64,000 nt of DNA from an uncultured Gemmatimonadales bacterium (GCA_963850905.1 CAWKMU010000003.1:928001-992000), one strand, 5' to 3'; positions 32,768 through 42,460 are shown, numbered from the stretch's first letter. Translations and numbers: made by a program. Notes: generated by a model not told the origin, from the letters alone.

Positions 32768-35158
32768 CTACACACCGAGCGTCACTCTGAACTGCACGGT
32801 GAATGGCCGGCCGATGGCTTCGCTGCTGAAGAACGCGCCCTTCAAGATGTAGTTGTTGTTGAAGAGGTTGGTGAAATAGACCTCGGGCTTGACGCTCGTG
32901 CGGCCAGCGTAGAAGAAGTAGCCCAGGCTCAGGTTCTGGATGTAGCTGGGTGCCACTTTGAACGCGCGGTTGAAACAGAAGAGGCCTGTGCAGTAGGTGT
33001 TGTACCCAGGCTGAAAGTTCGGTGACCCCGGCGTGTCGGAGTTGTAGGCGTGCACCGTGTCGGGCGCGTAACCATTCGTCAGCCCACTTCCGTAGATGCC
33101 GGTCGCGCTGACGACGAAGCGGTGTTGGCTGTACATCAGATTCCACACCGACGACAGCCGCTGGTCGTGATCCAGGTCGAAATAGGTCTGCGGTGTCTGA
33201 ATCGGGAAGAACCCGCCAGTGATTGGACCGATCCCGTACGCGTGGTTGAGTGCGAGATTCACGTAGCCGGTGAGTGGCCCGCTTGGCCGCACCTCGATCA
33301 CGCCCTCGATGCCCGTCACCCAGATGTGGCCGATGTTGACGTCGGTCGTGATCGTCGATCCCGGGACCGTGTTATCGTCGATACCGGGCGTGCTTTCCTT
33401 GTGGAAGGCCGACAGCTTGGTGACGATCCCCAGCGGGAAGCGATGCAGAAACGCTCCCTCGATGAATGAGTCACGCTCCGGGAGCGTCGGGCTCGTCGCA
33501 ATGCCGTCCTGGGACGCCGAGGTGATGTCTCGGAGGTCCTCAATGTTCGTCGGCATGAAGAGCCGACCGAAATAGAGGTAGAAGGTGTTCGCCTCATCAG
33601 GGTAGAAGTTGAGGCGAATTCTTGGACTGACCTGGGTCTGGTTTGGCGCGAAGGGCTCCACATGGCTATCGAAGCGCAACCCGGTCCGAAGCTCGAACCA
33701 CTCGACCGGCCGTGCGTTCATCTCTGCGTACGTTCCGAAGTCGTATCCGTCGAGCCCTGAGTTCGATGCAATCGGAGCCTCGGCACCTCGTGGATCGAGG
33801 AGCTCGAAGTCCTCGTGGCCGAAGGTGTGTGAGTACGTCGTGCCGACCTTCCCGTCCATCTTCCCGGTAATCATCGGGAAGGAGAAGTCAGCCTTCACAC
33901 CCAGAATGTCGAAGTTCCGGTCCTCGGAGACATCGCGCGGCGTGTGCGTGGGGTCATTCGCATCGATAAACGATGGCGAGTCCGACTCGCCAGGTCGATA
34001 GGTCAGTGAACCGGTGCGGAAGTACGGCCCGATGAACAACTCCGGCGACTGGCTTGCTTCGTCGGTGCCTACGCCTTCGCCGAAGCGGTGATGGTAGGCG
34101 AAGTTGAGGAAGCCGTTGACGTCGGTCTGATGATCGTTCAGAGTCTGGACTGCCGAGTCATACGGCACGTCGAAGTGCGTCATCGAGTAGTTGGCGTCGA
34201 GCGAGATGAGATCCCGCGGCCCCGCCGAGTACTGCAGCTTGCCGAACCCGTAGTAATCCTGGCCGCTGTTGTGATAATTCACTGGTGCGTCACCGCCGGC
34301 GTCGCCAACGATCGGATCCTGGCGCATGTCGCTGCCTTGCGCTTGCCCCGAGATGAACATCCCGAGCCGTCCGGAATTCCCGCTCATGGTGAGCGCCTGT
34401 CCGAGTGAGCCGTAGGAGCCGCCGTACGTCGAGAGCTCCCCGTGGAACGGGCCTGATGGAATTCGCGTCTCGATGTTGATGATCGCTGCCTGGCGCCCGC
34501 CGTACTCCGCGTCCCAGCCGCCGGTTTGGAAATCGATCTGTTGTACGACCTCGGGACTGAACAGCTCATTGAGCGAACCCGCGATGCCCGGTGGGACCGG
34601 CACGTTGTCGATGTAGTACGTGTATTCCGCGTGCTGACCGCGGATGTGCACTTCGCCAGTGGGCGCACGGGCGGCGCCGGCAATCGACTGCTGGATCAGC
34701 GCCGACGTGGTGGTGGACGGGGCGGCGGTCGCTTCGTTCTGGCTATACGTCTGATCGCCGGTCTGGGTGTTGACCGCCACCGGCGCCTGCGCCGTTACTT
34801 GAACCGCCTCGAGCGCGGCTGCCGCCGGGAAGAGCTTGAAGTTCACGTGTACGGTGGCACTCGCAACCGTCACCTCCGTGCCTTTCGCCCGGTAGCCGAT
34901 AAAGTGGGCGGTGACGGTGTAGGTGCCTGCTGGCACGCTGTGCATGATGTAGCGACCGAACGCGTCGGTCGTGGTGTTCGCGACAATGGTCGTCGCGTGC
35001 TGGACAGCGATTTCCACCCCCGGGAGCGGGGCGCCATTGGTGCTGTCGGTGACGGTGCCAGCGAGGTCGGCCGACACGGCGGTCGTCGATACAGGAGAGC
35101 GTGCGCCATCGATGTGTGGCGTGCCTAGCAGCGCGAGCGCGATGCCAATATGAAACAC
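32768..35158 (-). CDS. TonB-dependent receptor with N-terminal carboxypeptidase-regulatory-like domain
   Basis: GTVTD..G.PL.G N-domain, HIRGQH plug, TGGWDAEYGGR, SPRIRL, NLFN; GTG 35158 with GAGGA SD. Confidence 0.88.
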   Translation of the reverse strand: MFHIGIALALLGTPHIDGARSPVSTTAVSADLAGTVTDSTNGAPLPGVEIAVQHATTIVANTTTDAFGRYIMHSVPAGTYTVTAHFIGYRAKGTEVTVASATVHVNFKLFPAAAALEAVQVTAQAPVAVNTQTGDQTYSQNEATAAPSTTTSALIQQSIAGAARAPTGEVHIRGQHAEYTYYIDNVPVPPGIAGSLNELFSPEVVQQIDFQTGGWDAEYGGRQAAIINIETRIPSGPFHGELSTYGGSYGSLGQALTMSGNSGRLGMFISGQAQGSDMRQDPIVGDAGGDAPVNYHNSGQDYYGFGKLQYSAGPRDLISLDANYSMTHFDVPYDSAVQTLNDHQTDVNGFLNFAYHHRFGEGVGTDEASQSPELFIGPYFRTGSLTYRPGESDSPSFIDANDPTHTPRDVSEDRNFDILGVKADFSFPMITGKMDGKVGTTYSHTFGHEDFELLDPRGAEAPIASNSGLDGYDFGTYAEMNARPVEWFELRTGLRFDSHVEPFAPNQTQVSPRIRLNFYPDEANTFYLYFGRLFMPTNIEDLRDITSASQDGIATSPTLPERDSFIEGAFLHRFPLGIVTKLSAFHKESTPGIDDNTVPGSTITTDVNIGHIWVTGIEGVIEVRPSGPLTGYVNLALNHAYGIGPITGGFFPIQTPQTYFDLDHDQRLSSVWNLMYSQHRFVVSATGIYGSGLTNGYAPDTVHAYNSDTPGSPNFQPGYNTYCTGLFCFNRAFKVAPSYIQNLSLGYFFYAGRTSVKPEVYFTNLFNNNYILKGAFFSSEAIGRPFTVQFRVTLGV

Positions 35159-35365
35159 GGTTGCGTCCTCGTCAGAAAGGAGGGCGAGTCGAGAAACATC
35201 CCCGATGCCTCGAAGCGGGCGTGGCACGGCAAAACGCCGTGCGCCAGCGGTGAACTCCGCCTTTCCGGAGGGGGCGGGCGCCTGGCGGCGCCCGAGAGAG
35301 TAGAAAATCTGAAAGTAGAGAGTAGAGAACGACTGGCGACCGTTCGGTCGACGCGCCCGTACCGT

Positions 35366-35779
35366 CTACGTCTGCTTCCTACTTCTGAAGGTCTGCTCTC
35401 CTGGCCGTGATAGCGCCCGCGCCTCCGGCGACGCAAACGCCGGTGGTGCTCGGGTGCGGGGGAGCGCGCCGATCCACGTTGGCGCGGGCGTGTCTGCCGG
35501 CGCTGGAGCGGGAACGCCCGCGGCGGCTGCGGGCGCTGGAATCGTTGGAGGAGTTGGCTCCTTTCCGCCAGCCGATAAGTACTGACAGAGCGCGCAATCG
35601 TCCGGGTGTACGTGCGCGCACTCCGGACGGCGGTGTGACTCGATGTGCGACGCGGCCTGTGGTGCGACTGACGCCGCTTCCAGCTCCGCGTCGGCGAGCG
35701 ACGCCGCCGCCGGTCCAATCAGCTGGACCAGCGCGACAACGAGCGCTAAGAACCGGAGGCGGAGCGGACGGACAGGCAT
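35366..35779 (-). CDS. DUF2946-like leader protein (signal/TM, HxxxCxxC, RAPP)
   Basis: MPVRP..TM..HIESH..CAHVHPDDCALC..Pro/Ala linker..RTRAPP; directly upstream of TonB receptor. Confidence 0.75.
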   Translation of the reverse strand: MPVRPLRLRFLALVVALVQLIGPAAASLADAELEAASVAPQAASHIESHRRPECAHVHPDDCALCQYLSAGGKEPTPPTIPAPAAAAGVPAPAPADTPAPTWIGALPRTRAPPAFASPEARALSRPGEQTFRSRKQT

Positions 35780-35963
35780 CGAGCGCATTGTAACGAGTAG
35801 GGGCGCCACGCGCACGCGGGCCAACGCGGTACTGACGCGCCGCACGAGACGAACGTTGCGGCCGGACCGGGCAGAGAACGGGGTTCGGCTCGCCGGCATG
35901 TGTCGCCGTTTCGGAATCCCGTCCTCCTCTGTTCCCTCGACGGTCCGGTGTTACATTCGACCC

Positions 35964-36386
35964 ATGCAATCACGGTGGCGGCGCGCGGTAGCGACGGTGA
36001 TCGGGGTATGGTTCACCTTGTCGGTGTCCGGCGTTGCTTTGCAGCTGTGCCCCCTGCACGGGATGCAGATGGCCGCTGGGGCGCACCAGGCCGGAACGGA
36101 TTGCGACCGGACTAGCACGCATGGCCCCGGCTACGCGGGCTCACCCGCTCAGCACGGCAGCCAGCACGGCAGCCAGCACGGCAACTCGCACGACGACTGC
36201 ACCTGCACCGGGATGTGCTGCGTCACGGCGACTGTGACGCTGGCGGCAGCCCCGATCGTGCCGGCGCCGGTCGTGGTGGCCGAAGCGCCGGTAATGGCGC
36301 CCGTGGCCACACGCGAGCTCGCGCCACGCGCGGCGCCTGACGTCACCCTCCCACCTCCGCTGGGCCCGCCAACACTCCGCGCCTGA
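35964..36386 (+). CDS. Cys/His-rich leader protein with C-terminal LPPPLGPP motif (DUF2946-like)
   Basis: TM, CPLHG, (QHGS)2QHGNSH, CTCTGMCC, terminal PPPLGPP; directly upstream of TonB receptor. Confidence 0.75.
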   Translation: MQSRWRRAVATVIGVWFTLSVSGVALQLCPLHGMQMAAGAHQAGTDCDRTSTHGPGYAGSPAQHGSQHGSQHGNSHDDCTCTGMCCVTATVTLAAAPIVPAPVVVAEAPVMAPVATRELAPRAAPDVTLPPPLGPPTLRA

Positions 36387-36486
36387 CCCCGACCCAGGGG
36401 TCTCTGCGACTGAGGCGCGCCGATCCGGCCGCCCCCGAGCCAGGCAAAGTGCCTGCGCTCGTTTCACTCGCGCGGAGGATACCACA

Positions 36487-38730
36487 GTGCAAGGCAATTG
36501 GGGGCGCCCCAGCCGTGGCGGCGCCACGGCTGGACATAGAAGCAGACTACTGGCGTTGATCCTCGTCGCGGGGACGGCAGGCACATTGCGCGCGCAGGCC
36601 ACGACGACGGCCGACACCGGTCGCCACACCGGCGGCGGCGGTGTGACGACGTCGGCAGACAGCGCCGCGGCCGCAGCGTACGTCGACTCGATGGCCGGCA
36701 CGCCAGCTCATCGACGGATGACGCACGCCGACAGCGTCCGCGCCGCCCGGCGCGATTCGCTGGCGCGCATCGCCGTCCGACTCGGCGCCGTCACGATCAC
36801 GTCGACTCCGGTCCAGGCCTCCGAGCCGATCGACGTCGTACGCGTGACGCCCTCGGTAATCGCGCAGACGCCATCGAACTCTCCATGGGAATTGCTGCGA
36901 GAGACAGCGGGGCTGGAAGCGCATGAGCAGGGACAGGGACCAGGGTTCGCATCCGACATGTCGATCCGCGGCTTCAGCTCTGACCACTCGACCGACATTG
37001 CGTTGTGGGTGGACGGGGTTCCAATCAACGAGCCCGTGAATGGCCATGCGGAAGGCTATAACGATTTCACAACGATCTTTCCGGAAGCTGTGAGCGGCAT
37101 CGACGTGATCAAAGGTCCGACGAGTGCGTTATATGGCAACTTCGCCTTCTCAGGCGTCGTCAACGTCCGCACGCTGGATCGGATCGACAACACGCAACTC
37201 GATGTTTCCGCCGGCAGCTACGGCAATTATGAGGGTGTGCTGCTCACGGGGTTCGACCACGGCAACACGACGGGGATGCTCGGCATCCGTGCGACCCACG
37301 AGGACGGGTGGCGGCCGCACGGCGAGAATCAGATCGGCCAGCTCCACGGACGACTCGAGCACGAGATCTCGCGAAACACGACCCTGGACTTTGGGTTGGA
37401 GTTGTATGCCACGACGTACAACTCGCCGGGTTTCCTCGACACGGCATCGTACCTGGCCCGCCACTACAACATCGTGTCGAACTTCGGGGACGGTGGCTTC
37501 AAACGTCGCGGGCAGGAGCGCGCGAGCATGCGCACCCTGTTCAACCCCGACCTCGAGTGGCGCACAACCCTCTACGGGATCGAGGATACGTGGAACTTCT
37601 GGCTCAGCACGCCGCCGGGACTGGGCGGACTGTTGGAGGGGAGCGGTGTCGAGACGAGGGAGTACGATGGTCGCTACGGTGGCGGTGCGACGTCCGCCAT
37701 AACGTACACGACGACCCACGTCAACATCACCGCTGGCGGCGAAGGACGCTACGACTATTCGGACTACGAGAACTGGGGCGAATACGGCAGCAAGTTTCGG
37801 ACGGACTCGGTGCCATTCGGCTTGACGCAGGCGCACCAATCATCCGGCGGCCTTTTCGTGCAGTCGAGTTTCGATCTCACACGATATCTTCGCTTCGACC
37901 TCGGAGGGCGCGTCGACCAGTTATCGAGCTACGCACACACGCCGTCCGCCTATAACTACGACTCTCTGCCGGCCGCGCCGTACTACTCGCTCGGTCCATA
38001 CGCCAATGTCCAGCGCAGCAAGGGGATCTTCTCACCAAAGACCGGTGTCTTGCTGCGCCTCACGCCATGGATGGGCGTCTACGCGAATATCTCACGCGGA
38101 TGGCGTCAGGCCGATGGCGTCATATTCGACCCGACTGTCCCCTTCATCACGCTCTGGGACTACGAAGCGGGAGTCAAAATGGGGCGCGGCCCATGGGCGC
38201 TCGAAGCGGCGGTCTTCCGCATGGACCTGAGCAATACGCAGACGTACAACGGCGTGACGACGATCAGCGGCGGACCCAGCAAGCGGCGCGGTGTGGATCT
38301 GACCGGACACCTCGTCGTCACCCCCGCCGTATTGCTGACGAGCAGTCTCACTGTCGTCGATGCCAAGTACACGAAGTACTACGATTCGGACGTTGGGATC
38401 GACTACTCGGGCCAGCCCGTGTTCAATACGTCGACGTACGTTGGCGACGTAGCCATCCAGGTCGCTCCACCACACGCGATCTGGCAGTGGCGGTTGGGCA
38501 CGAACCTCCAAGGACGATACACACCGTTCGAGGAGACACCCGGGCTCACCCGGCCCGCCTTCGCCCTCTTCTACACCAGCGGCGGCGTGCGTGTCGCGGA
38601 TAACGCCCACCTCGAGGTGGGTATCCGCAACCTGCTGAACACCCAGTATCGCGAGTTGGAATCCGGGTACTTCATCACCCCCGGCCAGCCCCTCTCCGTC
38701 TTCGTAACGATGCATTATGACATTTTTTAA
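36487..38730 (+). CDS. TonB-dependent receptor (His-containing plug, possible metal uptake)
   Basis: GGAGG SD; IRGF..DH..D, NGHAEGY, IDVIKGPTSALYG, SPK, RNLLN, C-terminal F. Confidence 0.9.
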   Translation: MQGNWGRPSRGGATAGHRSRLLALILVAGTAGTLRAQATTTADTGRHTGGGGVTTSADSAAAAAYVDSMAGTPAHRRMTHADSVRAARRDSLARIAVRLGAVTITSTPVQASEPIDVVRVTPSVIAQTPSNSPWELLRETAGLEAHEQGQGPGFASDMSIRGFSSDHSTDIALWVDGVPINEPVNGHAEGYNDFTTIFPEAVSGIDVIKGPTSALYGNFAFSGVVNVRTLDRIDNTQLDVSAGSYGNYEGVLLTGFDHGNTTGMLGIRATHEDGWRPHGENQIGQLHGRLEHEISRNTTLDFGLELYATTYNSPGFLDTASYLARHYNIVSNFGDGGFKRRGQERASMRTLFNPDLEWRTTLYGIEDTWNFWLSTPPGLGGLLEGSGVETREYDGRYGGGATSAITYTTTHVNITAGGEGRYDYSDYENWGEYGSKFRTDSVPFGLTQAHQSSGGLFVQSSFDLTRYLRFDLGGRVDQLSSYAHTPSAYNYDSLPAAPYYSLGPYANVQRSKGIFSPKTGVLLRLTPWMGVYANISRGWRQADGVIFDPTVPFITLWDYEAGVKMGRGPWALEAAVFRMDLSNTQTYNGVTTISGGPSKRRGVDLTGHLVVTPAVLLTSSLTVVDAKYTKYYDSDVGIDYSGQPVFNTSTYVGDVAIQVAPPHAIWQWRLGTNLQGRYTPFEETPGLTRPAFALFYTSGGVRVADNAHLEVGIRNLLNTQYRELESGYFITPGQPLSVFVTMHYDIF

Positions 38731-38735
38731 CGGCC

Positions 38736-38851
38736 GGGTGACGGGTAGCGGGTGACGGGTGAACAAACCAGAAGGCCAGTGGCTGGCGATCCGTCAGTGG
38801 CCTTCGAGGTAAATTGCCGTCACCCGTCACCCGTCACCCGCCCGTCACCCG
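38736..38851. repeat. Heptamer-armed inverted-repeat element (GGGTGAC arms)
   Basis: GGGTGAC GGGTAGC GGGTGAC GGGTGA-ACAAACC..GAAGGCCA/TGGCCTTC..(CCGTCAC)n. Confidence 0.85.
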
Positions 38852-38853
38852 CT

Positions 38854-40821
38854 TTGTCTAGCTCCTCCCCTCACCTCGAAGCCTCCTTCGACGTCATCGT
38901 CGTCGGTGGCGGTCACGCAGGGACCGAAGCGGCTGTCGCGGCGGCCCGGCTTGGGGCGCGGGTCGGGCTCATCACGAGCGCACTCGAGAGCATCGGGCAG
39001 ATGTCGTGCAACCCCGCGATCGGCGGGGTAGCCAAAGGCACAGTGGTTCGCGAAGTCGATGCTCTTGGTGGCATCATGGGACGCGCCACGGATCTCGCGA
39101 TGCTGCAGTTCCGGATGCTCAATCGCAGCAAGGGGCCGGCCGTATGGGCCCCGCGAGGTCAATGCGATCGCGGCCTTTATCGACGCGCCGTGCGCTCGCT
39201 CATCGAGCAGCGTGCAGGTCTCTCGCCCATTCAGGGAACCGTCGCGCGACTGATCCTCGACGAGTCGGGCGACAACGGGCGTCCGCGGGTTGCTGGCATC
39301 GAGACGATCGAGGGACGTCGCTTCGGTGCGCGCGCCGTGGTGGTGACGTCGGGGACATTCGGTCGGGGACGAATTCACATCGGCGTCGACCGACAGATGG
39401 GAGGGGGACGAGCGGGCGAGGCGCCGACGACCCATTTGTCCGAGCAGCTCGAGGCGCTTGGTCTCACGGTGAGCCGATTCAAGACCGGAACGCCCCCGCG
39501 CATCGATGGACGGTCGGTCGACTTTCGCTCGCTCGACCGGCAGCAGAGCGAGATCGAGCAGTTCGACTACTCGTGGTCGCATTTCTGGCCGACGCCGCGC
39601 TCAGGGGCAACGGGGACTCGTCATCCCGCACAGCTCCCGTGCTGGATCACGTTTCTCGAGGAGGAAGGCAAGCACATCATCGCCGATCACATCGGCGAGT
39701 CCGCGATGTATGGGGGTGCGATTGCCTCACGCGGCCCGCGGTACTGCCCGTCCGTCGAGGACAAGATCGTCAAGTTTCCTGCGGCCGAGCGACACCAGAT
39801 CTTCCTGGAGCCCGAGGGACACGACACCGCGGAACTCTACGTGAACGGCCTCTCGACGTCACTCCCCGCGCCGGTGCAGCTATCGATTCTGCGAACGATT
39901 CGCGGCCTCGAGAACGTCCGTATGACACGCGCCGGGTACGCGATCGAGTACGATTACTATCCGCCGACGCAGCTCGACGCGACCCTCGCCGTTCGTGCAA
40001 TTCAGGGACTGTATTTCGCGGGTCAGATCAACGGAACGACTGGCTACGAGGAAGCCGCTGGCCAGGGTGCCATCGCGGGGTTGAATGCGGCACTCGCTGT
40101 GCAGGGACGAACGCCGATAGTGCTGGGGCGCGAGACGTCCTACATTGGGGTGCTGGTCGACGACCTCGTCACGCGCGGCGTTGACGAGCCCTACCGGTTG
40201 TTCACATCACGCTCCGAATTTCGCCTGACGGTCCGACAGGACAATGCAATCGCGCGCCTCGCGCCGACGGCGACGTCGCTCGGCCTGTACGATGCCGGCG
40301 AGTCCGCAGTGGTCGACCGACGGCTCGCCGCCGAAGGCGAAGCCCGGGCGCTGGCCCGGGCGACATCGGTGCGGCCGGATCAGGTGTCGGCTCTGCTCGA
40401 TGCGGCGAAGAGCGCGCCGGTCGCGCAGTCGGTCCGCATCGTGGATCTCGCCCGTCGCCAGGGTGTCGCCCTCGATGCACTCTTCGCTGCCGCGGGTGTC
40501 GGTGTCGCGCTGCCGCGAGACGCCGTCGTCACCGCGGAGCTGGAGATCAAATACGAGGGCTATTTCGAGCGAGAACGTATCCAAGCCGACCGGATGCGGC
40601 GGATGGGCGAGTTGACACTCGCAGATGACCTGCCGTACGCCGAGATGCAGTCGCTGACCTACGAGGCCCGCCAGAAGCTGTTGGCGCGGCGCCCCGCGAG
40701 TCTCGCCCAAGCATCACGCATTCCAGGCGTGAGCCCGAGTGATTTGCAGAATTTGGTGGTCGAGGTGGAAAGGTCCAGAAAGGCGGGGTCGGGGATCAGG
40801 GGTCAGGGGTCAGGGGACTAA
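38854..40821 (+). CDS. mnmG: tRNA U34 5-carboxymethylaminomethyl modification enzyme MnmG
   Basis: VVGGGHAGTEAA, MSCNPAIGG, RFKTGTPPR, GPRYCPS, GQINGTTGYEEA, EPYRLFTSR; start uncertain. Confidence 0.97.
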   Translation: MSSSSPHLEASFDVIVVGGGHAGTEAAVAAARLGARVGLITSALESIGQMSCNPAIGGVAKGTVVREVDALGGIMGRATDLAMLQFRMLNRSKGPAVWAPRGQCDRGLYRRAVRSLIEQRAGLSPIQGTVARLILDESGDNGRPRVAGIETIEGRRFGARAVVVTSGTFGRGRIHIGVDRQMGGGRAGEAPTTHLSEQLEALGLTVSRFKTGTPPRIDGRSVDFRSLDRQQSEIEQFDYSWSHFWPTPRSGATGTRHPAQLPCWITFLEEEGKHIIADHIGESAMYGGAIASRGPRYCPSVEDKIVKFPAAERHQIFLEPEGHDTAELYVNGLSTSLPAPVQLSILRTIRGLENVRMTRAGYAIEYDYYPPTQLDATLAVRAIQGLYFAGQINGTTGYEEAAGQGAIAGLNAALAVQGRTPIVLGRETSYIGVLVDDLVTRGVDEPYRLFTSRSEFRLTVRQDNAIARLAPTATSLGLYDAGESAVVDRRLAAEGEARALARATSVRPDQVSALLDAAKSAPVAQSVRIVDLARRQGVALDALFAAAGVGVALPRDAVVTAELEIKYEGYFERERIQADRMRRMGELTLADDLPYAEMQSLTYEARQKLLARRPASLAQASRIPGVSPSDLQNLVVEVERSRKAGSGIRGQGSGD

Positions 40822-40899
40822 CCCGTCGGCCGGTTGCGCGCGCCATGTGCAACCTTGCGGTTTGTTTCCCTGATCCCTGACCCCCGATCCCCGACCCCG
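40785..40899. repeat. Heptamer-armed inverted-repeat element (GGGGTCA arms; core ACAAACC on minus strand)
   Basis: GGGGTCGGGGATCAGGGGTCAGGGGTCAGGGGA..GGTTTGT-TTCCCTGATCCCTGACCCCCGATCCCCGACCCC. Confidence 0.85.
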
Positions 40900-40911
40900 C
40901 CGTTCAGTCGT

Positions 40912-42216
40912 CTACCGTCTAACGTCTGCTCGGGCGCTCGCGCGCCCGAGCCGCACATAGTACAACTGCTCTCGCACTGAGTGCGCCTTGTAGCGCCGGG
41001 TTGGACTTGGATTGTCTGAGCGGTAGCGCTGATACTCACGGGCCACACGCGCGAAGGAGCGCGGGCGGCCCGCGCGGCGGAAAATGCGCTCGATGTCGGC
41101 GTCGGGAATGATGCCCTCGCTGTTGTAGCTCAGAACCACGTGGTCTGCATCGACGGTCTCGATCAACTGTTCGAGTGCCGCGACGCATTGGCCACGCGTG
41201 GACCACGCCGACTTGATGTTGCCGTCGAGCGGCAGACCGGTCTTGCCGCGCAGCACGACCGGTCCGTCGAACCAGCCACGCGCAACGAGCTCGGGGATGT
41301 GGTAGTAGCCGCTGTATTGACGTGTGTTGTACGGCGGGTCCAGGTACAGCAGATCGAACCGACCGGCTCGCGGCGCGATCTCGGAGACATCGCCTCGATA
41401 GGCCTCGCACGGTCGGTTGGAACGAGCTCCAGGTCGATGCGCGCATGACACGATCCAGGGCACACGCAGCTTGAGGTCGCGGAGCGCGTTGGGCTGCCAC
41501 TGCTTGATGTACGCGGCGTAGATCCCCGCGGTGTTGGCGACCGCGTCAGCTGCTTCCAGCAACGCGGCCAGCAAGAGATAGAACTCTTCGTCGGACACCG
41601 CTCCAGTACCCCGCCACTCATGCAGCCGCTCGCGGATCGCGTCGATGCGACGGGCGACGCGCAAAGTGAAGTACATGCGCTGTACTGTCGCGTGACTGTC
41701 CGTATGATGGCGTAATGTCGCGGGTTCACAGTTGGCAGAGGCTGGCAGCTCATCGGGCCCACTTGAGCCATCCGGGGCCGCGAAATGGCGCGAGATGAAG
41801 GACTCGTGCGGATCGAGATAGCTATCGAGGTACACCAGGACCTCGTCCATCGGCCGCGTCACTGACGGTGGTGCGGTGCTCGCGGCGGCCGCTGCGGCGG
41901 CGGCCATCCGGGTACCGACTCGCTGGGCGACGCGCGCTTTGAAATCCGGTCGCGCGCGAACGCGTCTCACGTCGGGATCATCCGCGAGCGCGCCGAACCG
42001 CGGATAAGCATCGGCGACGACGTACGCGCGCTGAAACGCGTAGCTGAATCCCATGAGGTCACAGCTCGCGACGCAGGCCCCGCGCGCCTTGAGGAATCGA
42101 CCAACAGCCGCCGTCCCCGAGAACGCGTCGAAGGCTCGCACCGGCTGGATCCGTTTGCGATCCAGCAGTTCTGCGATGAAGGGGAGGAGCTTGGTCTTGT
42201 TGCCTATGTAGCGCAG
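40912..42216 (-). CDS. Orphan N6-adenine DNA methyltransferase (D12 class); CTG at the expected Met
   Basis: (L)RYIGNKTKLL, DAFSGTAAVG motif I, LYLDPPYN..QY..YYH motif IV, LSYNSEG. Confidence 0.88.
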   Translation of the reverse strand: MRYIGNKTKLLPFIAELLDRKRIQPVRAFDAFSGTAAVGRFLKARGACVASCDLMGFSYAFQRAYVVADAYPRFGALADDPDVRRVRARPDFKARVAQRVGTRMAAAAAAAASTAPPSVTRPMDEVLVYLDSYLDPHESFISRHFAAPDGSSGPDELPASANCEPATLRHHTDSHATVQRMYFTLRVARRIDAIRERLHEWRGTGAVSDEEFYLLLAALLEAADAVANTAGIYAAYIKQWQPNALRDLKLRVPWIVSCAHRPGARSNRPCEAYRGDVSEIAPRAGRFDLLYLDPPYNTRQYSGYYHIPELVARGWFDGPVVLRGKTGLPLDGNIKSAWSTRGQCVAALEQLIETVDADHVVLSYNSEGIIPDADIERIFRRAGRPRSFARVAREYQRYRSDNPSPTRRYKAHSVREQLYYVRLGRASARADVRR

Positions 42217-42221
42217 AACGA

Positions 42222-42328
42222 CAGGGGTCAGGGGTCAGGGGTCGGGGACCCGGGAATAAATCATGAGGCAGCCCGCTATTCGCCGCTACTGGCAGAGCGG
42301 TTTTTTCCCTGAACCCCAGCCCCTGACA
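42222..42328. repeat. Heptamer-armed inverted-repeat element (GGGGTCA arms)
   Basis: CAGGGGTCAGGGGTCAGGGGTCGGGGA..ATAAATC..GGTTTTTT-CCCTGAACCCCAGCCCCTGA. Confidence 0.75.
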
Positions 42329-42460
42329 CCGCGTTGAACATTAGTTTGTAACAGCAACTAATCACACGCCCGCCTATATTCACCCGGACGCGCACGAAGG
42401 CCGGCGCTCCCGCCCTCGTGTCTGGCGTCCCTCGTCCCTCGGCCCCTGGTCCCCCGAGAC

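Noticed and set aside
40912..42216. Complete restriction-modification system
   Set aside because: No endonuclease or specificity gene adjacent
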